DNA of 38,771 nt. Source: a virus. Lineage: Duplodnaviria; Caudoviricetes. The notes beneath the pieces were generated by a model. It was given only the letters and a program-made list of their open reading frames with translations, searched no databases and was not told where the DNA came from. The position numbers and the translations under genes were made by a program. Shown here one piece after another: positions 10,332 through 18,496 of this stretch. The first letter of the stretch is position 1, and each line of letters begins with the position of its first letter. Where the stretch lies: positions 1 to 38,771 of the IMG/VR virus record IMGVR_UViG_3300049172_000213, one strand, 5' to 3'.

Positions 10332-10622
10332 GTGCTTATTCTGCTTCAGGTGTTCTCGGTGCTGGCCGGCTTGGCATCCTTGGCAGCCCTACTGGGTGCC
10401 TTCTCAGGTGGCAGCGGTCCCGGTGGCGGCATCAGCTTCCTGGTCGGCGTCAGCGCCTTCGGTTCGCTGCTCTTCGCCTGCCTTGCCTACGGCTGGATGG
10501 CACATGTGTTGATGGAACTCCGCGGTCTCCGGAAGGACCTCCGCCAGAGCCTTGGTGCGCCGCCCGTCCGGCCGCTGCAGGCCAGCAGCCGCACGGAGCC
10601 AACCCTCAGCGCTCAGCGATAA
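10332..10622 (+). CDS. Small two-TM membrane protein (moron-like, antisense to the tail operon)
   Basis: GTG start after GGGGAGGG; two hydrophobic stretches (LILLQVFSVLAGLASLAALLGAF and ISFLVGVSAFGSLLFACLAYGW); fills the gap between tail genes. Confidence 0.7.
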   Translation: MLILLQVFSVLAGLASLAALLGAFSGGSGPGGGISFLVGVSAFGSLLFACLAYGWMAHVLMELRGLRKDLRQSLGAPPVRPLQASSRTEPTLSAQR

Positions 10623-11232
10623 CCAGCGCCGGGCTGTCCACCACCTTCCCAGCCCGGCGCCCATTCTTGAGCACGTAGAGGCCGGGAGCGCGGATGCGGT
10701 TGAGTTGCGACACCTTCAGGGTCGGGAAGCGCCGCCTCGTTGCTACCAGGGCGTCACCGAACAGGTCCGGCGGCACACTGAAGCGCAGACGCTGCCCACC
10801 ATCGAACTGCACCTGCACCCGCCGAGAATAGGGCTGTGGGTTGTAGATGATGATTTCGGTGGCGGCTCCGACCTTTTGGGGATCGAAGGTCTTCATGCTG
10901 AACGGCCGGCCGTCTACCGCCAGCCAGAAGCTGTCGCGGTAGGTCCCTGACCTTACGGGTGAACGCGCCCGCAGGAAGGCTAGAGCGAAGACGGCCGCCT
11001 GCCCGAGTTGATCGAAGCGGTAGAGGATGGTGCCCTGAGGCTTCACCGCGCTCTCCGGCGCGCCCTCCCGACCGTCCACAAAGGTGCGGTAGGCAGGGGG
11101 CGCGCGCCGGGTGCGGATCAGTTCGTCTCGGCCGTCCCGCGCTATCGTGGCAAGCCGCGCTGACTGCGCCTCCGGAGAGAGCGTCTGATCGATAAAGACG
11201 CTCACCTGCCGGCGGAAGGTCGATCCGCTCAT
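10606..11232 (-). CDS. HK97 gp10-like tail completion/neck protein
   Basis: RSPVRSGTYRDS motif; start MSGSTF overlaps the upstream stop (ATGA). Confidence 0.6.
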   Translation of the reverse strand: MSGSTFRRQVSVFIDQTLSPEAQSARLATIARDGRDELIRTRRAPPAYRTFVDGREGAPESAVKPQGTILYRFDQLGQAAVFALAFLRARSPVRSGTYRDSFWLAVDGRPFSMKTFDPQKVGAATEIIIYNPQPYSRRVQVQFDGGQRLRFSVPPDLFGDALVATRRRFPTLKVSQLNRIRAPGLYVLKNGRRAGKVVDSPALVIAER

Positions 11233-11591
11233 CCCGCCCCCCTCTGTCGAGTGCGCCACCAGTCGAGGAACTCCTCGTCCATCTCCCCGAGCAACTTGTC
11301 CAGGAACGTGGATCGATCTTCGCTATACCCGTGCGCCTCAGCCCACCGCTGGACCGCGGTCCAGGGGATGCGCCCGGGCTCGCTCTCGATCTGCATGACG
11401 CCAAGCGGAGCCGCCATGCCGCGTGTCCGAAAGGGCCGCTCGGGACTGAGACGGGCCCAAGCCCGCCAGACCCAGGCGAGCCAGTCAGGCACCTCCGGCT
11501 CTGGCGGCCGATCCCCCTCCGGCAGGGTCTCCAGAAAGGCGCGGTGACCGCCCCACTCCAGCGTCAGGCGGAGGGCGGTGCGGAGTTTCCC
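11229..11591 (-). CDS. Tail assembly chaperone C-terminal part (lambda gpT-like, reached by -1 frameshift)
   Basis: The -1 frame is open from the slippery site GGGAAAC through LRTALRLTLEWGG...PDWLAWVWRAW...IPWTAV..WAE to the stop at 11229. Confidence 0.8.
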   Translation of the reverse strand, partial: GKLRTALRLTLEWGGHRAFLETLPEGDRPPEPEVPDWLAWVWRAWARLSPERPFRTRGMAAPLGVMQIESEPGRIPWTAVQRWAEAHGYSEDRSTFLDKLLGEMDEEFLDWWRTRQRGAG

Positions 11592-11989
11592 GACGCTATC
11601 TCCAGATCAGCCTCGCGGCGGCTCTGGACGATGTTGGCGGCGGCGTAGCAGGCGTCCAGCAGGGGCCGGTACTTCGGCTCGTGCACCATCACCTTCAGGT
11701 CCTCGAAGGTGACGTCGCGGCCGTCCTCGTGCTGCAGGTTGCGGATGCCGAGGGTGACGTGCTGCATCAGGCACTTGGTGCCGATCTCGCGCCGGTCGGC
11801 CTCCGGGATCCGGTCAACCTGCCCGCTGTAGCGCTTCGCTGCGACGAAGAGGCGGGAGCGGAGGGCATCCTGGTACTTGTCGGTGTAGCCGCGGGTGCGG
11901 ATCTCCAGGTCATCGTATTCGAGCCCGGGAGAGACCCAATCGCCCTCCTCGGTCGCGGCGTCAGCGGTGAGCTGGGAAAGCTTGGCCAT
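11564..11989 (-). CDS. Tail assembly chaperone (lambda gpG-like)
   Basis: Directly after the tail tube gene; ends ...IASGNS with a slippery heptamer. Confidence 0.8.
   Translation of the reverse strand: MAKLSQLTADAATEEGDWVSPGLEYDDLEIRTRGYTDKYQDALRSRLFVAAKRYSGQVDRIPEADRREIGTKCLMQHVTLGIRNLQHEDGRDVTFEDLKVMVHEPKYRPLLDACYAAANIVQSRREADLEIASGNSAPPSA
11585..11591 (-). other. -1 programmed ribosomal frameshift site G GGA AAC
   Basis: X XXY YYZ heptamer in frame near the 3' end of the chaperone gene; joins the two ORFs. Confidence 0.85.
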
Positions 11990-12066
11990 GCGGGTGGTCC
12001 TTCATGCGGGGTTGCGGGTTACGGGTGGGGACGCCCCCGGCGCCGACCCGCGACGGCACCGGGGGC
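11990..12066 (-). promoter_or_regulatory. Structured 5' leader of the chaperone gene (13-bp hairpin plus ACCCGC repeats)
   Basis: Stem 12033-12045/12054-12066 with a G-U pair on the minus strand; loop GCGGGU is complementary to downstream ACCCGC copies. Confidence 0.55.
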
Positions 12067-12100
12067 TACACGCGCCAGCGCCGCGGCGCCGGCAGCGCGA

Positions 12101-13045
12101 TCAGGGGGCGGGAATGCGCTCGATCATGACCGAGCCGTTCGTGGGGTGCGGATTGCCTTCGATGTCCACCAGGCACATCACGGGCTGGTTGATGCCGCCG
12201 GCGGTGATGCGGGGGTTCGTGATGATCGCCTCGGGCATGGTGAAGCGGTACGCATCGCCGTCTGCGTCAACGGTCTTCCAGCTCAGCGGGCCGGAGGTCT
12301 CCGACTTGAAGCGCTGGAAGAGGGTGAAGTCGCGGAAGTAGAACTCAGCCGTGCCGCCCACCGTCAGCGTGCCCATGCGCATGCCCTGTGCCGAGGCGGA
12401 ACCGAGCGCGAAGTCCGCGGCAGCGCCCTCGTTGGTGATGTTCAGGGTGATGGAATTGCAGCCGGTGCCGAGAGCGGCGCCGCCCAGCAGCACGTCCTTC
12501 ACGCCCGCGACGGGGTCCATCACGCGGCCGTTCGGGGCTGCCGTATAGGCGGCCGTGGATGCTGAGGTGGCGAAGTCCTTCTCCTCCTTCGCCAGCACGT
12601 TGAAGGCGCCGGAGAGGAACTGGCCGCGCGCCATGGTGAGCGAGGCGGAGGTGAAGAAGCTGCCGGGGTAGCGCAGGAACAGGGTGGGGCTGAAGCGCTT
12701 CTCGATCAGGAACGACTTGAAGAGGAGCCCCGGCTTCAGCACGTCGCCGGCCCAGTCCGCGCCGAGCACACCCGACAGGATATCATCGAAGGTGCCGTAG
12801 CTCAGGGCGAAGTTGATGCCGCCCGACGCGCTCTCGTCCGTGGTCACGGCGGCGGAGGCCTGGCGGTCGCCGCGGATCTCGTTGGGTCGCTGCCGGGTCT
12901 TGTTGCCGGACAGGCTCTCGCCCGTGTAGCGGATGCCCTTGAGCTGCGGCGAGGCAGGCAGAACGCCCCACACGCTTTCCTGCATGTAGCCGATCTGGGC
13001 GAAGGTGCTTTCGACACCCGCCTGGTGCCCCGTGGTCGCGACCAT
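12101..13045 (-). CDS. Major tail tube protein
   Basis: ESVWGVLP...IRYTGESL...NEIRGDRQ...SASGGINFALSYG motif of phage tail tube proteins; size and position fit. Confidence 0.85.
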   Translation of the reverse strand: MVATTGHQAGVESTFAQIGYMQESVWGVLPASPQLKGIRYTGESLSGNKTRQRPNEIRGDRQASAAVTTDESASGGINFALSYGTFDDILSGVLGADWAGDVLKPGLLFKSFLIEKRFSPTLFLRYPGSFFTSASLTMARGQFLSGAFNVLAKEEKDFATSASTAAYTAAPNGRVMDPVAGVKDVLLGGAALGTGCNSITLNITNEGAAADFALGSASAQGMRMGTLTVGGTAEFYFRDFTLFQRFKSETSGPLSWKTVDADGDAYRFTMPEAIITNPRITAGGINQPVMCLVDIEGNPHPTNGSVMIERIPAP

Positions 13046-13060
13046 CGGTCTTTCTCCATG

Positions 13061-13087
13061 AAAAAGGGCGCCCCGAGGGACGCCCTA
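13061..13087 (-). terminator. Intrinsic terminator-like hairpin upstream of the tail tube gene
   Basis: Minus strand AGGGCGTCCCTCGGGGCGCCCT followed by a T run. Confidence 0.55.
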
Positions 13088-13118
13088 TTGCGTGACGATG
13101 AGGCCGATGGCCCCGGGT

Positions 13119-13289
13119 TCAGGCGCCCTTGGCGGGCTCGGCGGCCTTGGCCTTGGAAGGCTTGTCCTCCCGCACCTCGGCGGTCTGGCCAGCTAGCAGG
13201 TGGGGCGCGAAGTTCTCCGCTACCGTCTGCTCGCTGACCCTCTTCCCGTCAGCGTCCTTGATGACGTAGGTCACCGTCTTCTCGGCCAT
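13119..13289 (-). CDS. Small hypothetical protein, 56 aa (MAEKTVTYVIKDADGKRVSEQ...), absent from the ORF track
   Basis: Strong GAGGAGG RBS, typical codon usage, fills the operon gap. Confidence 0.7.
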   Translation of the reverse strand: MAEKTVTYVIKDADGKRVSEQTVAENFAPHLLAGQTAEVREDKPSKAKAAEPAKGA

Positions 13290-13299
13290 CGAGGCCTCC

Positions 13300-13737
13300 T
13301 CAGGCTGGGGTGAAATCCTGGTAGCTGTAGGGAATGCGCGCCCCGAGGCGGAACCAGTTGCCGTCGCCCTCGCTGAGGCCGCCCGGGTCCAGGATCGCTC
13401 CCCGATAGGTCACCGCCGCCGGTGGCAAGCCGCGGAAGGCGCCAACCAGCGCCTTGCGCTCCGTCAGCGCGGTTTCGATGCCCGAGCCGGTGGGCACGAT
13501 CAGGTGCAGGTGGAGCGTGCCCGTCTCCTCCCACACGCCCTCGCGGCCCAGCTCCATCGGCTCGGACAGGTCGCCGCTGATCTCGACCGCGATCCAGTGA
13601 AAGGGCGCGCCGGTAGCCGGGTCATAGGGCTGCGGCTCCGGGAAGTTCTCGTTCGGCCAGGCTACCGGCAGGCCGAGGGTGGCGGCGGCCGCTTCGATAC
13701 GCGCGCGGGCGTCGGTCCAGACGTCAGGGCTGCTCAT
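13300..13737 (-). CDS. Tail terminator-like protein
   Basis: PVAWPNENF...ETGTLHLHLIVPTGSG motif; ATGA overlap with the upstream gene. Confidence 0.7.
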   Translation of the reverse strand: MSSPDVWTDARARIEAAAATLGLPVAWPNENFPEPQPYDPATGAPFHWIAVEISGDLSEPMELGREGVWEETGTLHLHLIVPTGSGIETALTERKALVGAFRGLPPAAVTYRGAILDPGGLSEGDGNWFRLGARIPYSYQDFTPA

Positions 13738-14066
13738 CCGCGCACCCACAGGCTGTGGCCGATGACCGAGGCGCCCTCATGGACAGGCTGCGACCCTTGG
13801 ATAGTCACTTCCCGTCCGTCCAGCAGGAGCTTCTGCCCGTTACCGGGCTGCCCGAACCCCGCCGCGGCAATCTCGTCGTTCAGGATCTCCACCTGCTGGT
13901 CGCCTTGCTGGATAGCTCCCTCGATCTCGCCCGGGCGGTACAGCCGCGGGAAGCCGATCAGGTCCACCGCCTGCTGCGGCACGCCATTGGTGGCCCGACG
14001 GATCAGGCGCATGGCACGGCCGCGCGTCCGGATGAGCCGCCGGCGGCTCTCGAGCATCCGGCCCAT
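13734..14066 (-). CDS. Head closure / head-tail joining protein
   Basis: 110 aa; position after the connector gene; IQQGDQQVEI motif. Confidence 0.65.
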   Translation of the reverse strand: MGRMLESRRRLIRTRGRAMRLIRRATNGVPQQAVDLIGFPRLYRPGEIEGAIQQGDQQVEILNDEIAAAGFGQPGNGQKLLLDGREVTIQGSQPVHEGASVIGHSLWVRG

Positions 14067-14067
14067 G

Positions 14068-14697
14068 TCAGGCGAAGCCCATGCGCAGGTACGGCGCCAG
14101 GAGCGCCGTCGTCTGGGGCGGCATGGCGCCCATGTCGGCGGTCGCGATGTAGGAGGCGGAGCCGACACCCTCCGTGTTCTCGGAGCGCAGCATCGGGTCG
14201 CGGCCTCGTGCAGCAAGCCTGGCGGCGAGCAGCGTCAGGCAGGCCTGCTCGACATCGGCGGGCAGGCGATCGGCTGCCGCCGCCGTGCCGAAGGCCTGGC
14301 TCTCTGGCAGGAGCCAGCCTGCCGTGTAGGTGACGACGGCCGAACGGCCATACCAGGGTGAGCGGCCCCAGCCATCCAGGCGATACAGCAGGCCGGCGGT
14401 GCGGTGGCATTCCACCGCATCCAGGGCCAGCGCATTACCGTCCAGCAGGACTGCCACATCGCCGATGACCGGCGCGCGGGATAGGATGAACGGCCCCGAG
14501 CCGCAGGGGCGCAGGGTCTCCGCCACGGTCTCCCGGGCGAAGATCCGGTTGCAGTGGTTTCCGATCGCAGCCGAGGCCGCATCGATCAGGGCCAGCAGGT
14601 AGGGCGACGCCACCTCCGCACCCAGCTGCAGGTGGTCACGCGCCCGGATTTCGGAGGTGAGCCTGTAGCTGGCGGCGGGGGTGACGACGGTCAGCAC
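14068..14697 (-). CDS. Head-tail connector protein (phiE125 gp8 / gp6-like)
   Basis: MLTVVTPA...LIDAASAAI...VVTYTAGW...LPADVEQAC...ALLAPY motifs. Confidence 0.8.
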   Translation of the reverse strand: MLTVVTPAASYRLTSEIRARDHLQLGAEVASPYLLALIDAASAAIGNHCNRIFARETVAETLRPCGSGPFILSRAPVIGDVAVLLDGNALALDAVECHRTAGLLYRLDGWGRSPWYGRSAVVTYTAGWLLPESQAFGTAAAADRLPADVEQACLTLLAARLAARGRDPMLRSENTEGVGSASYIATADMGAMPPQTTALLAPYLRMGFA

Positions 14698-14700
14698 GGA

Positions 14701-14991
14701 TCAGGCGCTCTTGTTCTCAGGCGCCGGCCCCTGAGCCTTGTTCTCCGCCACCGCGGCGGCCTTGGCCTCGCGCTGCGGCGTGCCCTCGGCCACCTTCTCG
14801 TACATGCCCGCCTCGACGGCCTTGGCGCGGGCAAGCCGCTCCTCGTAGGTGGCATGCGCCTCAGCCACCGTGGCCTGTGTGGGCGCCGCCGGCGCGGTGC
14901 CAGCGGAGTTCACCTCCTCCACGGGGGAGGTGGTGGCGGTGGCGTTCAGGTCGGGCGCCTTGGAGGCGTCCTTCTCGGGCTGCTTCGCCAT
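14701..14991 (-). CDS. Small hypothetical protein after capsid
   Basis: GAGGAG RBS; Ala/Lys/Glu-rich; ends PENKSA. Confidence 0.65.
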   Translation of the reverse strand: MAKQPEKDASKAPDLNATATTSPVEEVNSAGTAPAAPTQATVAEAHATYEERLARAKAVEAGMYEKVAEGTPQREAKAAAVAENKAQGPAPENKSA

Positions 14992-15025
14992 GTTGGCGCT
15001 CCTCTATCCAGGGGTCAGGGGAGAC

Positions 15026-15045
15026 GGGGCGGCAGGAGCCGCCCC
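15026..15045 (-). terminator. Stem-loop after the capsid gene (stabiliser or weak terminator)
   Basis: GGGGCGGC-AGGA-GCCGCCCC perfect 8-bp stem with no clear U tract. Confidence 0.45.
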
Positions 15046-15052
15046 ATCAGTC

Positions 15053-16357
15053 TCAGGCGGCGACCTTGATGATCTTCACGGCCTGGGTGTCGAGCGCCAT
15101 GCCGCCCACCCGCTTCGTCGTGTAGAAGCCGACGAAAGGCTTGTTGGTGTACGGGTCGCGCAGGGTGCGGATGCCGAAACGGTCCACCACCTGGTAGGCA
15201 CGCTTGAAGTCACCGAAGGCGATTGGCAGCGCATTGGCCGCCACGTCCGGCATCTCCTCGATGTCATTCACCGGGTAGCCCATGAGCGTCGCCGGCTGCC
15301 CCGCCTGAGCGGAGGGCTGCCAGAGGTAGTTGCCGTTGCCATCCTTCCAGGTCCGGATGGTGGCCAGCACGCCGCTGTTGAGCAGCCACTGGGCATTCCG
15401 GCGGTAGCCCGCCTTCAGCGCGTAGATGACCTGGATGAGCAGGTCTGCCGGATTGGTGGTCGGCAGCGCCGCCGCGGCGCCGGTGTTGAACACCTGGAAG
15501 GTGCCGAAGGCGCGCGTGCCGTCCTTGGTCGTGGCGGTCGGATAGGTGAACAGACCCTTCGGCTTCTTCACGCCGTCGCCGAACAGGAACGCCGTGCCCT
15601 CCTTGGTGGAGAACTCGTAGGCGATCTCGCGCGCGAGTTCTGCCTCCAGGTCGATCCGGCTGTCGTCCAGCAGGCGCTGGCTGATCTGCGGGTTTGCGTA
15701 GATCTCGCCCATGACGGCCGCGATCTCGGCCCACTGCGGACCGGCCGTCGCGGGACGCGCCTCGGTCTCACCGACCCAGCCGGAGCCGGCGCCGTTGAGA
15801 CTGACCAGCTTCTTGTAGTCGTCGCTGGACACGGCGACCTGGCTGAACAGGTTGCGGACCTCGCTCTCGTTCCGCAGCAGCTGCAGGATCTGGCCGTCGA
15901 TGGTCTCCGGCACCAGCAGGCCGCCGTCCTCGGGCGTCAACGTGGTGTTCGCCTTCTGCTCCAGATCACGCAGCTCATACTCGCCGACGCCGCGGCGTGC
16001 CCACTTGTTCCAGGCCGCGCGGTGCTCGCGCTGCTCCGGCGTGGGGCCATCCTGCCCGCCGGCGCCGGGGATGCGGTTCGCCCGCTTCTCCAGGTCTTCC
16101 AACGCGCCGGAGAGCTTGGTCAGATCGCCGTCGATCCGGGAGAGCTTCTCGGTCGTGGCCACGTCGGCCGCGCCCTTCTGCTCGATCTGCTTCAGGCGGT
16201 TGTCGTTGGTGGACTTGTACTCGGCAAAGGCGGTGTTGATGCCCTCGATGAGGCTCTTCACCTCGGCAAGGCTCGGCTCGCCGGCCTCGCGGCGCTCCAG
16301 GAACGGCGCGCGGCCGCGCAGGGCGGTGCCGCCCATCAGATGCTGTCGGGTGCTCAT
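15053..16357 (-). CDS. HK97-family major capsid protein
   Basis: DGGLLVPE, WVGETEARP, GDGVKKPKG, KDGNGNYLWQP, IAFGDFKRAY and RDPYTNKPFV motifs; N-terminal coiled-coil delta domain. Confidence 0.97.
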   Translation of the reverse strand: MSTRQHLMGGTALRGRAPFLERREAGEPSLAEVKSLIEGINTAFAEYKSTNDNRLKQIEQKGAADVATTEKLSRIDGDLTKLSGALEDLEKRANRIPGAGGQDGPTPEQREHRAAWNKWARRGVGEYELRDLEQKANTTLTPEDGGLLVPETIDGQILQLLRNESEVRNLFSQVAVSSDDYKKLVSLNGAGSGWVGETEARPATAGPQWAEIAAVMGEIYANPQISQRLLDDSRIDLEAELAREIAYEFSTKEGTAFLFGDGVKKPKGLFTYPTATTKDGTRAFGTFQVFNTGAAAALPTTNPADLLIQVIYALKAGYRRNAQWLLNSGVLATIRTWKDGNGNYLWQPSAQAGQPATLMGYPVNDIEEMPDVAANALPIAFGDFKRAYQVVDRFGIRTLRDPYTNKPFVGFYTTKRVGGMALDTQAVKIIKVAA

Positions 16358-16380
16358 AATGCCCTCCTCGGGGCTTGGGT

Positions 16381-17106
16381 TCAGGTGGACGAAAGGGACC
16401 GCTGGAGCGCCCGAAGGCTGTCCATCAGGTCCGACGCGCCGCCTGTCTCCTCGTCTCGAAGATCCATGGCAGCCTTGAAGCCGGCGCTCGCGATTGCGCG
16501 CGCGCGGCTGTGCGAGAACCCGCCTTCGTCTCGAAGGAAGGCCTCGAAATCCTGCGGGCGCTTCATGCGCTCCGCGGCCCGGACGTTGGCGACACGGGCG
16601 GCGCCGTTGGCCGGAAAGGTGACCAGCGAGACCTCCCAGAGGTCCGCCTGCTTCACCGTGCGGATGCCGGACTTGTCGTCCCGCTCGCTCTTCACCGTCA
16701 CGAAGCCGATGGACAGGCCGGAGATGGCCTTCATCTGCAGCAGCTCGTGGGCCTCGGCGCCCTGACGGGTCTTCAGGGCCAGCTTGCCCTCGACATGGAG
16801 GCCCCGCTCGTCCTCCCGCATGGCGGTGTAGACGCCGATCGGCTGGCGCTGATCGTGCTGCCAGAGCAGGGCCGGCATGGTGCCGGCTGCCCGATGCTCG
16901 GCGAGCGTCGCCTTGAAGGCGCCTGGCGCGACGCGATCCGAGTAGGTGTCCAGCACCCCGAAGACGGAGCCGTAGCCCGCGAAGGTGCCGTCGGCGGACA
17001 CCTCCTTGATCTCCAGGCCGAAGTCGAGGGTCTTGCGGGACGAAAAACCGTCCCGGATCTCCAGACCGCCAGGGGCGACGCGCTGCGCCGGCGCTCGGTT
17101 ACGCAT
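16381..17106 (-). CDS. HK97-family prohead protease
   Basis: GTFAGYGSVFG, LLWQHD, GLSIGF and LWEVSLVTFPAN motifs. Confidence 0.96.
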   Translation of the reverse strand: MRNRAPAQRVAPGGLEIRDGFSSRKTLDFGLEIKEVSADGTFAGYGSVFGVLDTYSDRVAPGAFKATLAEHRAAGTMPALLWQHDQRQPIGVYTAMREDERGLHVEGKLALKTRQGAEAHELLQMKAISGLSIGFVTVKSERDDKSGIRTVKQADLWEVSLVTFPANGAARVANVRAAERMKRPQDFEAFLRDEGGFSHSRARAIASAGFKAAMDLRDEETGGASDLMDSLRALQRSLSST

Positions 17107-18496
17107 CGTCCTCTTCTCCTAGCTGCTCCAGGACTGCCGACAGATCGTCACGCGCCCCGCGGATGCGGCGTTCATTGGCCCCCGACAGCACCCGCCCGAC
17201 CCGGCGCTCGATCTCGCCGTCGTCCAGGGCGGGACCGCCGTTGTGGCCAATCATCGCGCGGATCTCCGCGGCAATTGCCTTCGTTTGCTCTTGCTGCTCG
17301 GCCTCGGCCTGACCGGGTGTCGCCATGTTGAGCGGCTGCAGCGGCTCGCTGAGCCCGTCGATCTCGTCCAGTTCTTCCCAGCTGCGCGCCTCATTCCGGA
17401 GCAGCCAGCCGTCCTTGATGCCCTGGCCATAGGCCTGGTAGCGCGTCTTGATGTCGGCGCGCTCGAGCGCGGCCACGTTGTGCTTCAGATAGACGCCCGG
17501 GCGGTTCCGACCGATCAGGTCGCGCCGACCGACGCCTTCCCACCGGTTCACCCACGGCATCAGCGTGTATTTCACATGCGCCAGGAAGAACTGCTCTGCC
17601 GAGGCAAAGGTGCTCGTCTTGTCGGAGTGGCCTAGCATCTGCGGGAACACCCGCATGGCCCGGCCGATCTCCTCGATCTGGTGCTTCCGCGTCTCGATGT
17701 GCTGGGCATCCACGCCCGTCATCGTCTTCGGCGCGTACTTCGCGTTCCGGTCCAGGATGAAGGGCTTGAAGGCATTCGCCGGGCCCATCTGGTGCGCCTC
17801 GATATGCGCCCGCAGCTGCGCGTACTGGTCGCCGGTCAGCGTGCCCTCGACCGAGTAGAGCCCTGTCGTCTGCAACCCGTTGGAATGCAGTGTCGCGTGG
17901 GCCTCTTCCGTGGCCAGGGCCAGGCCGATGGCCTCCCGCGCCAGCCGCACGATCTCGAGGCCCGCGAAGCCCGCCCAGCTTGGCCCGCGCAGATGCAGCA
18001 CGTCCTTTGCCAGCAGGGTGAAGGCGGTGCCGTCCGGCAGCCGCACCTTGTAGCGGAGGGCCCAGTCCTTGCCCTGCTCGATCGTCACCCAGCCGGGCTG
18101 GAGCGGCAGCAACTCCCGCACCTGGCCGCGCACCACGTTCTTCCAGGCAATGCCGTTGCCGGCCAGCACCGCGTGCATGGTCAGCTGCTCGCGGAATTCC
18201 TGCCCGGTCTGCCAGTCGTTCGGCTGGTCCAGCAGCGCCTGGATCGGATCCTCCGCCATGTGTCGGCGCGTCGTGCCGTCCTGCTGGTACAGCCGCAACG
18301 GCAGACCTGACACGTCCTCCGCGATCACACGCGAGGCGCTGAGGACCGTCGTCACCTGCAGCGCCGTCTCATTCGAAACCGTCACGCCGCTCTTCGAGCT
18401 GCGCCCCGCGGTGAGCAGGTCCCGGAAGAGATCGAGCGGTCCGACCAGCGGCGCGCTCTTCTCCTCACGCCCCAGCAGGCGCGCCAGCAATCCCAT
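17099..18496 (-). CDS. HK97-family portal protein
   Basis: ALQVTTV.S..RVIAEDVSGLPL, PNDWQT, VLHLRG and DAQHIETRK...EI.R motifs. Confidence 0.95.
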   Translation of the reverse strand: MGLLARLLGREEKSAPLVGPLDLFRDLLTAGRSSKSGVTVSNETALQVTTVLSASRVIAEDVSGLPLRLYQQDGTTRRHMAEDPIQALLDQPNDWQTGQEFREQLTMHAVLAGNGIAWKNVVRGQVRELLPLQPGWVTIEQGKDWALRYKVRLPDGTAFTLLAKDVLHLRGPSWAGFAGLEIVRLAREAIGLALATEEAHATLHSNGLQTTGLYSVEGTLTGDQYAQLRAHIEAHQMGPANAFKPFILDRNAKYAPKTMTGVDAQHIETRKHQIEEIGRAMRVFPQMLGHSDKTSTFASAEQFFLAHVKYTLMPWVNRWEGVGRRDLIGRNRPGVYLKHNVAALERADIKTRYQAYGQGIKDGWLLRNEARSWEELDEIDGLSEPLQPLNMATPGQAEAEQQEQTKAIAAEIRAMIGHNGGPALDDGEIERRVGRVLSGANERRIRGARDDLSAVLEQLGEEDDA

